From contig CAWHVC010000001.1 of assembly GCA_963832745.1 (NCBI GenBank), positions 160,001 to 224,000 on the forward strand: a stretch of DNA of 64,000 nt, in the 5' to 3' direction. A model generated the notes under the pieces. That model was not told the origin of the DNA. It made no database searches and saw only the letters and a program-made list of their open reading frames with translations. The position numbers were made by a program, and so were the translations under genes. The number at the start of each line of letters is the position of its first letter. Position 1 is the stretch's first letter. This document shows, piece after piece, positions 9,683 through 19,879 of the stretch. This DNA comes from Candidatus Bathyarchaeota archaeon (GTDB taxonomy: Archaea; Thermoproteota; Bathyarchaeia; Bathyarchaeales; Bathycorpusculaceae).

Positions 9683-10432
9683 TTAGTTATTAATTTTTCT
9701 TTTCATAATTAACGCCGTTGCTGCAACTCCAAGCATAATTATTGTGGCAGCAATAACACCCGTTGAATAATCGTTTTGATATGGGTCACCTATTATAGCT
9801 TTAGGCGTGTCTGGTGGTCTTGTTGGTATAGGCGTTTGGCTTGGTCTAGGCGTAACTGAAGGCTGAGTTGGTGTTGATGTTTGTGCTGGTGCATGCGTGT
9901 TTGTTGTTGGGGTTGGCGTCTGTATTGATGCTGTCGGTTTTGGGGTTGTTATTGTTGGCGTTTCGGGTGAAGTGGGTGATGGTGTGGTGGAAGGTTCAGG
10001 TGTTGGGGTTGTTGTTGGGCTTGGGGAGGGAGTTGGGGTTGGAGTTGGTGAGGGTGTCGGTGTAGTCGTTGGAGTGGCTGTTGGTTTAGGTGTGACAGTT
10101 GGAGTTGGCGTAGGAGTAGCTGTTGGCTTAGGGGTTGGTGTGGGCGTAGGCGTGGGAGTTGCTGTCGGTTTTGGTGTCGAAGTAGGCGTAGGTGAAGGCG
10201 ATGGTGACGGTGTAGGCGAAGCCTTGGGAGTGACTGTTGGCGTTGCCTGAACAAGTTGTATTGAAAACGATTTGCTGTCCATATTGGCGCCGCTTTGAAC
10301 CTGCGGCTGTCCGTTAGTGACTTCTGATATGCTCGATTGTTGATGTACAGCTAAAGCTAAAAAAGTAAAAACCAGCAGCAACGTTGCTGTTAACAGAAAA
10401 ACTTTCAACTGTGGCTTGTTAGCCAAAAACAT
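9683..10432 (-). CDS. Pro/Thr-rich mucin-like membrane-anchored protein
   Basis: N-terminal signal/TM segment, ~140 aa of PT/PS repeats, C-terminal TM helix followed by KRK. Confidence 0.75.
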   Translation of the reverse strand: MFLANKPQLKVFLLTATLLLVFTFLALAVHQQSSISEVTNGQPQVQSGANMDSKSFSIQLVQATPTVTPKASPTPSPSPSPTPTSTPKPTATPTPTPTPTPKPTATPTPTPTVTPKPTATPTTTPTPSPTPTPTPSPSPTTTPTPEPSTTPSPTSPETPTITTPKPTASIQTPTPTTNTHAPAQTSTPTQPSVTPRPSQTPIPTRPPDTPKAIIGDPYQNDYSTGVIAATIIMLGVAATALIMKRKINN

Positions 10433-10636
10433 TTCACCTTAAAATCATTCTAGTAGTCAAGTTATGAACTGTTGAGAGATTTTGTGTCATAAAAACGGAT
10501 GTGGGCTCACTACTGCTACAACATTGAATAAACAAGAACTTGCCATAGTCTGCGTTTTAGCGTTGTAGCAAAATATGCTGTAGCAGAAGAACGCCAATCT
10601 TTGACAAGTTACAAATAGAGCGGTGCTTAAACTGCA

Positions 10637-10894
10637 TTATGTTGGTTGAACTTCTTGAACTTCAAGTATTGATGCAACCGGCAAATCAATTTTCTCCATA
10701 ACTTCCAGAACCGCATCTTGACTTGCCCCTTCAACAACAAATGCTACTCTTTTTTCGTCAGTGCAGCAATAGCAGGATTTTACAGTAATATCTTTGATTT
10801 TTCCTTCCGTTAACATTTTTGCTACACCTGTTGCGCAGCTTTTAGGGTCTTTTCCAGAACGTAAAATGGCAGAATTAACTATATAGCTTGGCAT
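10637..10894 (-). CDS. Small hypothetical protein (possible ferredoxin-like fold, DUF4242-like)
   Basis: 85 aa from ATG 10894 with an upstream GGTGA SD. Contains CYCC and the pattern VAFVVEGASQDAV. Confidence 0.6.
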   Translation of the reverse strand: MPSYIVNSAILRSGKDPKSCATGVAKMLTEGKIKDITVKSCYCCTDEKRVAFVVEGASQDAVLEVMEKIDLPVASILEVQEVQPT

Positions 10895-11106
10895 AAAAAT
10901 CACCTATTTACTAATCTATTGTTAATTAAAACCGATGTTATATAAGTATGCTAAGCTGTTTGCTTGCGGCTTTTTAGCTAATTAATGGCTATATATGAGA
11001 CTTTATGCATTAATACTGTGTTTAACCATTTTTTGAAAAAGGGTGTAACATTGTTTGTATGTTTCCTTTTTTGACTATTTTTTTATGCTGTTAAAGGTGT
11101 TTTTGT

Positions 11107-11568
11107 TTGGTTTACAATGCAGTTGATGGTGAAACTGAAGACGAATTAATGATGGCAATTCAGGTCGAGCTAGACCAAATCGTAAGCAAAGAAGTATGCG
11201 ATGCAGTTTACGAATCTCACAGCAAAGAAGTAAAAGAAAAAAGTACCGAAGAGCTTGATGAAGAATGCAAAACACGCAAAGGTGCAATAATAAGCGTTAT
11301 TTCTTCATCGGTTTGTCTTGAACGATTGTATTTTGTTATTCGTTCATCAGTTATGGGTTTAATAACTGGTTTGTTAACTTACGCGGTAATCAGCATTTTT
11401 AAAATAACCGACTTTTTTGACTTAGTACTTTTAGGAGTTTTCGCTTTTGTTGTATCACTGCTGATTTCACGGTACTTTGACAGTCCCATCGTAAAACTGT
11501 GCAATCTAATCTTGAAATATCTAAACCGTTACGATCGTTTAAGAACATTTATTTTAAGCAGGCTCTGA
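11107..11568 (+). CDS. Hypothetical membrane protein (2 TM)
   Basis: Acidic N-terminal half and two hydrophobic helices; upstream AAGGTG. Confidence 0.65.
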   Translation: MVYNAVDGETEDELMMAIQVELDQIVSKEVCDAVYESHSKEVKEKSTEELDEECKTRKGAIISVISSSVCLERLYFVIRSSVMGLITGLLTYAVISIFKITDFFDLVLLGVFAFVVSLLISRYFDSPIVKLCNLILKYLNRYDRLRTFILSRL

Positions 11569-11648
11569 ACCTGTTTCGTTGTTGTTTTGGTGCAGTCACA
11601 TATTATTATAGGCTGCATAATGCCCTACTGTTGGTTAAGGTGATATGT

Positions 11649-11798
11649 TTGAAAGACGCAATATTTACCTGTCCATTCTGCAAACGGTCCAGTTGGCGAA
11701 CTCGGCTTCTGCTTTGGCTACACATGAGAGAATGCATGCAGTCAACTCCAACGGTCAAAATTTATTCATCCAATGAACCGTTAATTGTAACTGTGTAG
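11649..11798 (+). CDS. Small zinc-finger protein (CxxC-x13-H-xxx-C), 49 aa
   Basis: AAGGTGA SD at 11637-11643, then TTG. Sequence FTCPFCKRSSWRTRLLLWLHMREC. Confidence 0.5.
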   Translation: MKDAIFTCPFCKRSSWRTRLLLWLHMRECMQSTPTVKIYSSNEPLIVTV

Positions 11799-12291
11799 GT
11801 AATTGAAAAGCTGCTTTTCTTTTGTTTTTTGCAGCTTTTTTATATGTTCTTTTTTTGTCATATTATTTTTTCAAACATATTCTTTGCTTTGTAACTTAGA
11901 CAAAACAGGGTTTTTAAGATTTTTAACTGTTCTACAGGTTGAAAAAATATGGTTTTAGATGGGTTTTGTTCCATTTTTTCTTGTCTGCAAGGGTTGACTT
12001 GGCTGGGTTTTGATTGTTTTTGATGGTAAAAACTAGTTGTTTTATGTGTAGGCTGTCTTGAGTCATGGGTTTTTTTAGTTTGTGTTTTTCTGTTGTACAG
12101 TTGCTTTTGGTTGCTCTTTTTGGGTTGAATTCTTGTTTTTTGTGTGTTTTTTGCGTTTGAATGTTCATTTTTCGTATGCTTGGGTTATGTCTTGTTATTG
12201 CTGTATTATGTCTTAACATTTAAATAAAGTATAGTCTGTATAAAGATTCGCTAATCAAACAGGCTGAAAAATAAAAAAGGAGTAGGAGAAA

Positions 12292-12687
12292 ATGGCTAAT
12301 GTGCAAAAAGAAGTTCAAGTAAAACTTGCAAAAGGATTACTTGACCTTATAATACTTCAGTTTTTAAACACCCAGCCAATGCATGGGTATGAAGTGATAA
12401 CTAAAGTGCGAAAAACCTTCGGCGTATATTTTGGTCCAAGCACTGTATATCCCCTCTTATCAACACTGGAAAAGAAAGGTTACATTTCAAGCCAATGGGA
12501 CATGGAAAATGACAGGCCACGAAAAGTATACAGTTTAACCAATGACGGCCACAACATGCTTAATTTCACTGAGAACTCGCTCAACTTAATTTGCCAAAAA
12601 ATGGGTTCATCAATTCCTGCGGTTGAAGCTGGATCGTCAAGTTTTGATAAAAGTAAGGTCATGGCTGCCGAAGCTTTTGCGCCTTAA
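12292..12687 (+). CDS. PadR family transcriptional regulator
   Basis: KGLLDLIIL...PMHGYEV...GPSTVYPLLSTLEKKGYI...RPRKVYSLT. Confidence 0.92.
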   Translation: MANVQKEVQVKLAKGLLDLIILQFLNTQPMHGYEVITKVRKTFGVYFGPSTVYPLLSTLEKKGYISSQWDMENDRPRKVYSLTNDGHNMLNFTENSLNLICQKMGSSIPAVEAGSSSFDKSKVMAAEAFAP

Positions 12688-12723
12688 CTTGCCCTTTTCT
12701 GTTTTTGCTTCTGTTTTGTTGGT

Positions 12724-13032
12724 CTATTGGTCTATAACCATTAGAGTTAATGTTGTTTTGATGGTTGAAAGATTTTTGATGCGGCTAAAAATTTGTTCTT
12801 TTAGGTAATCTATGGATTCTCCGCTTACTTTTGCTATTATGTCATATGCCCCTTTGGAAGGATAAACTTCGCTTACCCCTTCTATCCGTCTTATGTCTTC
12901 TATGGCTGAATCGTATGTTTCCGGTTCAGTATTAATAAAAACATATGCATGCCGTTGAGGCTTAATTTTTACTGATTCAATTATTGATGAATTAGCCTCT
13001 ATCTGGTTTTCTTGATAAAAAATAGTTTCCAT
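12724..13032 (-). CDS. Lrp/AsnC ligand-binding (RAM) domain protein
   Basis: AYVFINTE...IEGVSEVY...GAYDIIAKV...IKTTLTLMV; no HTH present. Confidence 0.85.
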   Translation of the reverse strand: METIFYQENQIEANSSIIESVKIKPQRHAYVFINTEPETYDSAIEDIRRIEGVSEVYPSKGAYDIIAKVSGESIDYLKEQIFSRIKNLSTIKTTLTLMVIDQ

Positions 13033-13324
13033 AAAATAGTCACTTCACAACAAAATTATTATTAAAAATATTTCTTTGAATACGCTATTAAAGCTAAGTT
13101 ACTGCATTGCGACTACAACAAATCCATATAACACTTCATTGCCTTGAATTAGAATGCAGCTGGGAAAGCTGGGGCTTGGCGAAACCGGCTTTTTCGAAGG
13201 CACAAAGAAAGCCGCGTAACCGCGTCCATTCGCAAAATAATTTTTTTGCCATCAGGGAGGTAGAAAGAAGGAATGGAGCTTGACTTGTGCTTTCTTGTAA
13301 AGAGCCAAGCCCAACTCAACTGTG

Positions 13325-13867
13325 TTATTGTTTTGGTGTTTTGATTTTTATCAGCGAGACTATTTCGTATTTGTCGCCGAGCAGCTTTCTAGGGTCAAGA
13401 TATTCCAGTTCAATTAAAAAGCCTAAGCCGACGACGTTTCCACCAAGTTTTTCGATAAGGTCAATGTTTGCTTTAATTGTTCCACCCGTTGCGAGCAGGT
13501 CGTCAATGAGTAGGACGTTTTGGCCTTTGTTGATTGCGTCTTCTTGGATTTGGATTGTGTCTGCTTCGTATTCTTTTTGGTAAGTGTAGTCTATGCATTT
13601 GAAGGGTAGTTTGCCTTTTTTGCGGATTGGAACGAAACCTGCGCCGAGTTCAATTGCGAGGGGTGCTCCGAAAATGAATCCTCTTGCCTCGTTTGAGACG
13701 ACAAGGTCAATTTTTTTGCCTTCAAAGCGTTCTGCGAGTTGCTTGATTGTTTCTTTGAAGTATGCTGGGTCTTTAAGGATTGGTGCAATGTCCCAGAAGC
13801 ATACTCCTTTAAAGTCTGTGCATCGAAGTTTAGCTCTTATGTCAATATTTTTTTCAGATTTGTTCAT
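13325..13867 (-). CDS. apt: Adenine phosphoribosyltransferase
   Basis: EARGFIFG, IRKKGKLP, PRPP motif VLLIDDLLATGGT. Confidence 0.93.
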   Translation of the reverse strand: MNKSEKNIDIRAKLRCTDFKGVCFWDIAPILKDPAYFKETIKQLAERFEGKKIDLVVSNEARGFIFGAPLAIELGAGFVPIRKKGKLPFKCIDYTYQKEYEADTIQIQEDAINKGQNVLLIDDLLATGGTIKANIDLIEKLGGNVVGLGFLIELEYLDPRKLLGDKYEIVSLIKIKTPKQ

Positions 13868-13884
13868 GATTTTTTTCTCCGTGG

Positions 13885-14685
13885 TTATTCTTTTTGTGCG
13901 AATGCTCCGTCAAGCGCGTGTTTGCAGTTGCATGCTTGCTCTGAGGGTATGGCTTTGACGGTTTCGGCGATGATTTTTTTAACATTTTCAATGTTGGCTG
14001 TCATTACTCTAACGATGTCGCCGATGCATACTGGATGGTCTTTCCAAACGTCGTAATCAGTTACTAATGACATGTTTGCAAAGCAGATTTCGGCTTCTCT
14101 GGCGAGAATGCATTCGGGGACAAGGGTCATGCCAACGATGTCTGCGCCCCATCCGCGGAACATTTTTGATTCTGCTTTTGTGCTGAATCTTGGGCCTTCT
14201 ATGCAGACGTATGTTCCGGTTTCGTGATGTTTAATTTTGAGTTTTTTTGCAACGTCAATTACGATTTTGCGGAGTTCTGGGCATGTGGGTTCAGCGACTC
14301 CGATGTGGCAAACCTTTTTTTCTGCCATTGTGTAAAATGATTGTTCACGTTTTGTGGTTCGGTCAATAAATTGGTCAACAACAACCATGTCTCCCGGCTC
14401 GTATTCTTCACGCAGTGAGCCAACGGTTGAGGATGATAAAATGTGTTTAACTCCCAGGCTTTTTAGAGCCCAAATGTTTGCACGTACAGGGATGTCTGTT
14501 GGCCTAATTGTGTGTTTTTTTCCGTGTCTTGGTAGAAACGCTACGGATTTGCCGCCCAATTCACCGATGGTGATTGCGTCTGAGGGTTTTCCGTATGGTG
14601 TATCTACTGTGACTGACTTTATGTTACTGAAAAGTTTTGGGTCATCAAGACCTGTTCCGCCGATAATTCCAATTTCTGCTTGCAT
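13885..14685 (-). CDS. mtnP: S-methyl-5'-thioadenosine phosphorylase
   Basis: IGIIGGTG, TPYGKPS, LPRHG, EGPRFSTKAES, VGMT, VTDYD. Confidence 0.92.
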   Translation of the reverse strand: MQAEIGIIGGTGLDDPKLFSNIKSVTVDTPYGKPSDAITIGELGGKSVAFLPRHGKKHTIRPTDIPVRANIWALKSLGVKHILSSSTVGSLREEYEPGDMVVVDQFIDRTTKREQSFYTMAEKKVCHIGVAEPTCPELRKIVIDVAKKLKIKHHETGTYVCIEGPRFSTKAESKMFRGWGADIVGMTLVPECILAREAEICFANMSLVTDYDVWKDHPVCIGDIVRVMTANIENVKKIIAETVKAIPSEQACNCKHALDGAFAQKE

Positions 14686-14785
14686 AAAAGCCTAACTTGC
14701 CGCTTTATACTTATAAAAATAACGCCTTAACCCTTACTACACATAAACAGGTGCCCCGCCTCTGAAGCTCAACCATTTTAAAAGT

Positions 14786-14810
14786 GTGTTTGGGTGATGC
14801 TTCTGTATAC
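14786..14810 (+). repeat. Dispersed 25-bp intergenic motif, copy A
   Basis: GTGTTTGGGTGATGCTTCTGTATAC, one mismatch to the consensus GTGTTTGGGTGATGCTTTTGTATAC. Confidence 0.85.
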
Positions 14811-15095
14811 AAACTACTGGATTTCAACATACTTTTGAGCGGTTTTTCAACCAATAGCACCTACCCCCCTTAGTGATTTGAAGTTTTACCGCAGAAAAGC
14901 GTCAGGTAGAGCCTACCCCTCCAGTTTCCGCCTACTCCCTATAGGTTTTTGCATAGAATTGCTATTTAGATCCTAATATGTTGGTGTGAAAAGTAAAGCA
15001 ACTGTTTGTGGGCAAATTTGGTCAGATTTGATTTTTCATTAATTCAGATAAATTTTTAGACAGATTTTTATTGCATACAACTTTACATAACATTT

Positions 15096-16340
15096 ATGGA
15101 CAGGCGAGTTGGATTTTTTGCTTGGATACTTGTTTTTCATTTAGTTTTATTATCCATGGTACTTTTGGAAACAGGTAACGTTTCGGCTTCTTCTGATTAT
15201 TGGGTAACTATCGCTTCAGTCCCAACAAACGCAAGTGAGTCAATCGGTGTTCTCCCAACTTTCGGCAACATTTGGGCTGCATCATTAAATGAGGAAATCT
15301 ACTGTTTTGGAGGAATTAATCAACATCAACGCTCAGGCGGCTACGTGTGGTATGGTATAAGTGAAAAATATAACCTTGAAACTGGTAAATGGACGACAAT
15401 AACGTCGCCTTCAAGTGGCTTCATAGCCTTAGTCACATGTCAAAACAAAATTTATTCCATAGGGGCGCAAACCCAAGTGTATGACCCATCAACAGACGCT
15501 TGGTTAAATAGAACCCAAATGCCCGAGTCACTCCTTAAAGTAAATGCCAATGTAGTGGACGATAAAATCTACGTTATAAGTGGCGCAAAATCTGCTAGCT
15601 TAGGCGGCGTCTACAGTTCAGCAGTTAATCAAGTGTATGATCCCTATTTGGATTCTTGGTCAACTATGGCGTCTATTCCAACTCCTGTCGAAGGCTATGC
15701 CTCAGCGGTTTTAGATGGTAAAATCTACATTATAGGTGGCGCTGCCATGTCCCAGGATTATTCAAATCAGGTTGTAAACCTTGTTCAGGTTTTCGATCCT
15801 AAAACTAACCAATGGACTACTGGAACGCCTCTTCCAACTGGGGTTTATGCGGCAGGTGCATGTGCAACAACAGGGTTATTTGCGTCGGAAAAAATCTATG
15901 TGGCAGGTGGGCACCCTCATTATGTTTCTTGGGTAACATCCGCTATTCTCAGTCCGCATGGAACAACTCTTAATCAGATTTATGACCCTATAACTGGAAA
16001 CTGGTCGCTTGGAGCTTCTATGCCTCAACCAAGATGGCAATGCTCCGTTGTCAACGTTAATGATACGCTTTTGGTTGTGGGCGGAGAAAACGGTCCTGCT
16101 GATTCCTCTTTTTACAATAACCCCGAAAAAGTCGAAAAAATAGTCTTAGAAATCGAAAAATACTTTCCAACTGACTATGAGGGTACCTTATCTCTCACGC
16201 CTACTTTAAGCGCCTCAGCATTACTTCCTGATGAAAATACTTACTCACTTTTCGCTACGATTGCCCTCGCTATTGGCTTCGGCATTATTTTTTGTATTTT
16301 ATTTATACTTAAGAGGACACGGAGAGAATCTAATCGTTGA
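15096..16340 (+). CDS. Secreted Kelch-repeat beta-propeller protein with C-terminal TM anchor
   Basis: Repeated KIY(V/I)xGG...YDP...W Kelch motifs, signal peptide and C-terminal TM. Confidence 0.88.
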   Translation: MDRRVGFFAWILVFHLVLLSMVLLETGNVSASSDYWVTIASVPTNASESIGVLPTFGNIWAASLNEEIYCFGGINQHQRSGGYVWYGISEKYNLETGKWTTITSPSSGFIALVTCQNKIYSIGAQTQVYDPSTDAWLNRTQMPESLLKVNANVVDDKIYVISGAKSASLGGVYSSAVNQVYDPYLDSWSTMASIPTPVEGYASAVLDGKIYIIGGAAMSQDYSNQVVNLVQVFDPKTNQWTTGTPLPTGVYAAGACATTGLFASEKIYVAGGHPHYVSWVTSAILSPHGTTLNQIYDPITGNWSLGASMPQPRWQCSVVNVNDTLLVVGGENGPADSSFYNNPEKVEKIVLEIEKYFPTDYEGTLSLTPTLSASALLPDENTYSLFATIALAIGFGIIFCILFILKRTRRESNR

Positions 16341-16452
16341 AGTTGTCAATTAGGGTTTTATTGTTGTAGCTTTCTTCAGATTTTTGAAATGAAAACCTTT
16401 TTTTCGTTTTCTGACGTGATGCAGATTGAGCTTCGTTTATTTTTAGAAGGAG

Positions 16453-16899
16453 GTGATTTTTTTGGGAACCGTCACCAAGAGTATAGAAATTTTTGCTCCA
16501 GCAGACAAGGTCTTTGATTTCGTAATTGACTTTGATAAAATGAATCAGATTCACGAGGGCTACACTAAAGCTACCCCTACATCAACCAATCAGCCTGTGG
16601 GGATTGGTACAACTGCACATTTTGTTAGTCAAACGGGTGGGTCCAAAAGCGAATGGGACATGAAAATTATTGAATTTGAGCGAAACCGAAAACTACGTTG
16701 GCAATTTGTGAAACCTGAAATAGCTAACATACTAACTCTTGAACCAACGGCGAAAGGCACGATGTTAACTCATCAGACCCTTTACGAGCTTCCATATTCT
16801 GTTTTTGGAAAACTGATGGATAAAGTAAAAGTCAACAGTGATGTAAATAAAGAAGTAGAACTTGAACTGGAGAAAACCAAAAAAGCTCTTGAGAGCTAA
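16453..16899 (+). CDS. SRPBCC (polyketide cyclase/START-like) family protein
   Basis: SIEIFAPADKVFDFVID, GIGT, IIEFERNRKLRW, TLEPTAKGT. True start is probably TTG 16462 after GGAGGTGA. Confidence 0.85.
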   Translation: MIFLGTVTKSIEIFAPADKVFDFVIDFDKMNQIHEGYTKATPTSTNQPVGIGTTAHFVSQTGGSKSEWDMKIIEFERNRKLRWQFVKPEIANILTLEPTAKGTMLTHQTLYELPYSVFGKLMDKVKVNSDVNKEVELELEKTKKALES

Positions 16900-16919
16900 A
16901 TGCGCTGTTTTTGCTCGTT

Positions 16920-17144
16920 TTATTTTTCAAGTAATACGGGCGCGTCTATTGCAAGTGGTGATTCGGTTGGGTCGTTCGTGATTTTTTGAGGTTCTGTTGA
17001 TTCTGGTTCTAAGAGTATCATTGCGTTTTGTTGTGCAAAAATTTTTATGTTGTCGACTTTGTCCATTAGTTTCATGTATGTTACAAAATAGTCTAAAAAT
17101 TTGGTTGCTTCTTCTTTTTCGAATATTTCAACATTTTCGGTCAT
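16920..17144 (-). CDS. Small hypothetical protein
   Basis: 74-aa ATG ORF with protein-like composition in an otherwise empty interval. Confidence 0.5.
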   Translation of the reverse strand: MTENVEIFEKEEATKFLDYFVTYMKLMDKVDNIKIFAQQNAMILLEPESTEPQKITNDPTESPLAIDAPVLLEK

Positions 17145-17516
17145 GCGTTAAACTTCCTGACGTGTTAATGCTGTCTTATGTAGCAACTGTTAAGTCATAA
17201 CGCTTGCTAATATGCAGGTATATACGTAACAGCTACAAAGAGGCACTCAAAACCCTGCCAGCAAATCCCCAAATAGAAAAAACCAGCAAATCCACCTGCC
17301 AACAACCTCAATTTTTAAACCAACCCCTAAAAAATAAACAGCAAAAACCCAAATTCTACTCGCAAGTTAGCATCACACATGTTAAAACCGCCCCTCTAAA
17401 CATGATGTCTTTTAAGTTTTAAGCAAGAAAAAAGCCTGTTAACCATTTAAAAGAGGCTTAAATTACGCTTTGTTTTCGTTAAATGCTTTTGATGCAATAA
17501 CGCATAATGTAGGCAA

Positions 17517-17867
17517 GTGAGCGAGATGGAGAAAGCCAAAGCCCAGTATACTTCAAAAGCCATTTATGAGTTAAGCGAAAGCTGCGTTGAACTTCATAAG
17601 GCAGTAAATTCAACCACCCAAACAGCTGCGCAAGCTAAAAAGCTGTGGCGTGAAGGCAACAAATCTAACCTAATCAAAATCGGCATGGCATGCATAATGT
17701 TTCCAGACCCTTCACCGGTAGGCGAAATCATTGGTGCAGGCTTTCTGGTGGCGGGTGCAGTGCAAAAGGGCATACAGAAAAGGACCCTTTACGTTAGCGA
17801 CTTAAAGAAGAACCTTAACAGCATTCAAAAAGAGTTACGGGCAACCCAAGATTGCCTTAGGTTCTAA
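17517..17867 (+). CDS. Hypothetical protein with hydrophobic hairpin
   Basis: 116 aa, helical, with IGMACIMFPDPSPVGEIIGAGFLVAGA. Confidence 0.6.
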   Translation: MSEMEKAKAQYTSKAIYELSESCVELHKAVNSTTQTAAQAKKLWREGNKSNLIKIGMACIMFPDPSPVGEIIGAGFLVAGAVQKGIQKRTLYVSDLKKNLNSIQKELRATQDCLRF

Positions 17868-19762
17868 TCCATTTTTTGATTCTCAGGGTCTTTCTTCTTT
17901 TTTAGGATATCCTTTTTTATCGTTGGCAGCTTTACATTTTCAATTAATGGTTTTTTGAAATTGTAAACTATCAAAATAGTCAATGAAATGACAATAACAG
18001 ACGAGACAATGAACATCGTATTGTTTATACTGTATTCTAAATTGTCTGGTAAACCGCTAAAGTCACCCTCTGGTTTTTTAACAGCACAAATTTGTCCATC
18101 ACAGGCAAAATAAATTGCGCCATTAACAACATCTGGAGCAGTTTCTGCGTTACTAAAATTCCAGACGCTTGAACCATCATCTGCCCTAAAAGCCTCAAGC
18201 TTACCTGAAAAAACGTAAACATAAACAAGACCATCAACAACTATTGGAGCACTGCACTTGTCATCTACTCTTGTGCTCCATATCATTTGGCTGCTTGTTG
18301 TGCTAAACGCGTAAAGCGTACCGTAAGCATTACCGTAGTTTTGAATTGAAGTATCATAAGGAACGCCTGAGCTTGTAAAAAACAAAACTCCGTCTGCTAA
18401 CATGGGCGCGGAAGGGTCAAAGGTTTGGTCTGTACCCGCTGGAGCCGCAACTTTCGACGGGCTAGTATCGTAACTCCAAATTTTTGTTCCATCTGTAGAT
18501 CTTAAAGCGTACATGCAGCCGTCGCCTGAACCTGCATAAACTACGCCGTGACCGATTCCAGGTGTGCCTTCAAATCCTTCTCCGGCCTTAAAGCTCCAAA
18601 TTTTTTCGCCATCTTCAGCGTTCAAAGCGTAAAGGTTTGCATCGTTTGAGCCGACATAAACAACCCCATTAGAAACTGCAGGCGAAGAGGCTATCGCGTC
18701 GCTGGTAGTGAAATTCCATAAAATGTGGCCATCTATAGCGTCTAAAGCAATTATTGAGTTGCCGCTTCCAATGAAGATTTTTCCTTGTCCCGCTGCGGGG
18801 TTTGAATAGCCAGTATGGCAGGCTGTTCTCCACAGAAGGTTGCCGTTTTCAGTGTTCAAAGCTGTAACGTAGTCGCCTGCGCCAAAGTAAATCACTCCGT
18901 CTAAAACTGCTAATTGTGTAATGGTGTTGGTTGTATAGTTGCCTTGGTAGTTCCAGATTGTTGCGCCGTTAACAGCGTTGAAAGCATAAACGTTTATCCA
19001 TGTAACCTGTGGATTGCCATAAGTGTTTAGGGTTATTGTAGATTTTGCGGCGGCATAAACTACATCTTCTACTATTACAGGTTGCGTCCATGTTCTGGTT
19101 TTAGTGAAAATGTCTGTTTCCCAATAATTCTGTGCAGGTGTCCCCGTTAAACTCCATGGAATACTAGTTTCCCATGTTATTGCTTCATTGTTAATGGTTG
19201 GTGTAGGGGTTGCTGGTGTTGCTCCGCTTATGGTAAAGGTAAGCGTTGTTATGCTGTTTTTTGCAAAGGTTTCAAAAAAGGTGGTATCGCCTTGAGAAAT
19301 CAGCAAGTATCCACCACCACAGCAGGAAACGTTAATGTGCTGTTCGCCTTGAGGCACATCTGCTAATGGTATGGTGGTTTCAAATGAAATTTGAGGGTTT
19401 GCGTCGTCATCGCTAAGATTTGCTGGGTTATTAATGCTCCATTGGTAAACAGTTACTGGCTGGTTAAGCCAGCTTGCACTGTAAGAAACATTATACAGGA
19501 ATACTCCAAGACTTTCCATGTTAGTAGGCGTGTTTTGGTAAGCACTAAATTTAACCGATAAATCTGATTGGTCAGAATATATTGTGCTTCCGTTGTTAAC
19601 CGAGAACCTGACTCCGTTCCCAGCAGAGACAAGGTCAGTGTATCCTACGTCGCCTTTATAGGTTGGGTTATTTTGCTGAGCAATTACGGTTTCTGTAAAC
19701 GGCAAAAATACTGCCGCTAAAAGAATAGTTAAGCAAATCATGGATGTTAATGTTCTGTTCAT
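17864..19762 (-). CDS. Secreted PQQ-like beta-propeller repeat protein, membrane anchored
   Basis: Repeated SSPAVSNGVVYVGS..LYALNA.DG..IW units, signal peptide and C-terminal TM. Confidence 0.88.
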   Translation of the reverse strand: MNRTLTSMICLTILLAAVFLPFTETVIAQQNNPTYKGDVGYTDLVSAGNGVRFSVNNGSTIYSDQSDLSVKFSAYQNTPTNMESLGVFLYNVSYSASWLNQPVTVYQWSINNPANLSDDDANPQISFETTIPLADVPQGEQHINVSCCGGGYLLISQGDTTFFETFAKNSITTLTFTISGATPATPTPTINNEAITWETSIPWSLTGTPAQNYWETDIFTKTRTWTQPVIVEDVVYAAAKSTITLNTYGNPQVTWINVYAFNAVNGATIWNYQGNYTTNTITQLAVLDGVIYFGAGDYVTALNTENGNLLWRTACHTGYSNPAAGQGKIFIGSGNSIIALDAIDGHILWNFTTSDAIASSPAVSNGVVYVGSNDANLYALNAEDGEKIWSFKAGEGFEGTPGIGHGVVYAGSGDGCMYALRSTDGTKIWSYDTSPSKVAAPAGTDQTFDPSAPMLADGVLFFTSSGVPYDTSIQNYGNAYGTLYAFSTTSSQMIWSTRVDDKCSAPIVVDGLVYVYVFSGKLEAFRADDGSSVWNFSNAETAPDVVNGAIYFACDGQICAVKKPEGDFSGLPDNLEYSINNTMFIVSSVIVISLTILIVYNFKKPLIENVKLPTIKKDILKKKKDPENQKMD

Positions 19763-19879
19763 GCCTGTTCCAATTATGCATTTAAGGCATGGCAGGCTTT
19801 TAAGATTTAGCTCAAAAGCATTTTTTTAAGAAACAAAAATATTGACTAAAATTAGGAAAAGATATTAAAAATTGAAGAT

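Noticed and set aside
9868-10254. Gly/Val-repeat and other ORFs overlapping the PT-rich gene
   Set aside because: They are antisense or alternate-frame shadows of the Pro/Thr repeat.
14861-14940. Replication origin call
   Set aside because: Only half of an ORB-like sequence is present, with no inverted ORB pair around an AT-rich element and no orc1/cdc6 in the window.
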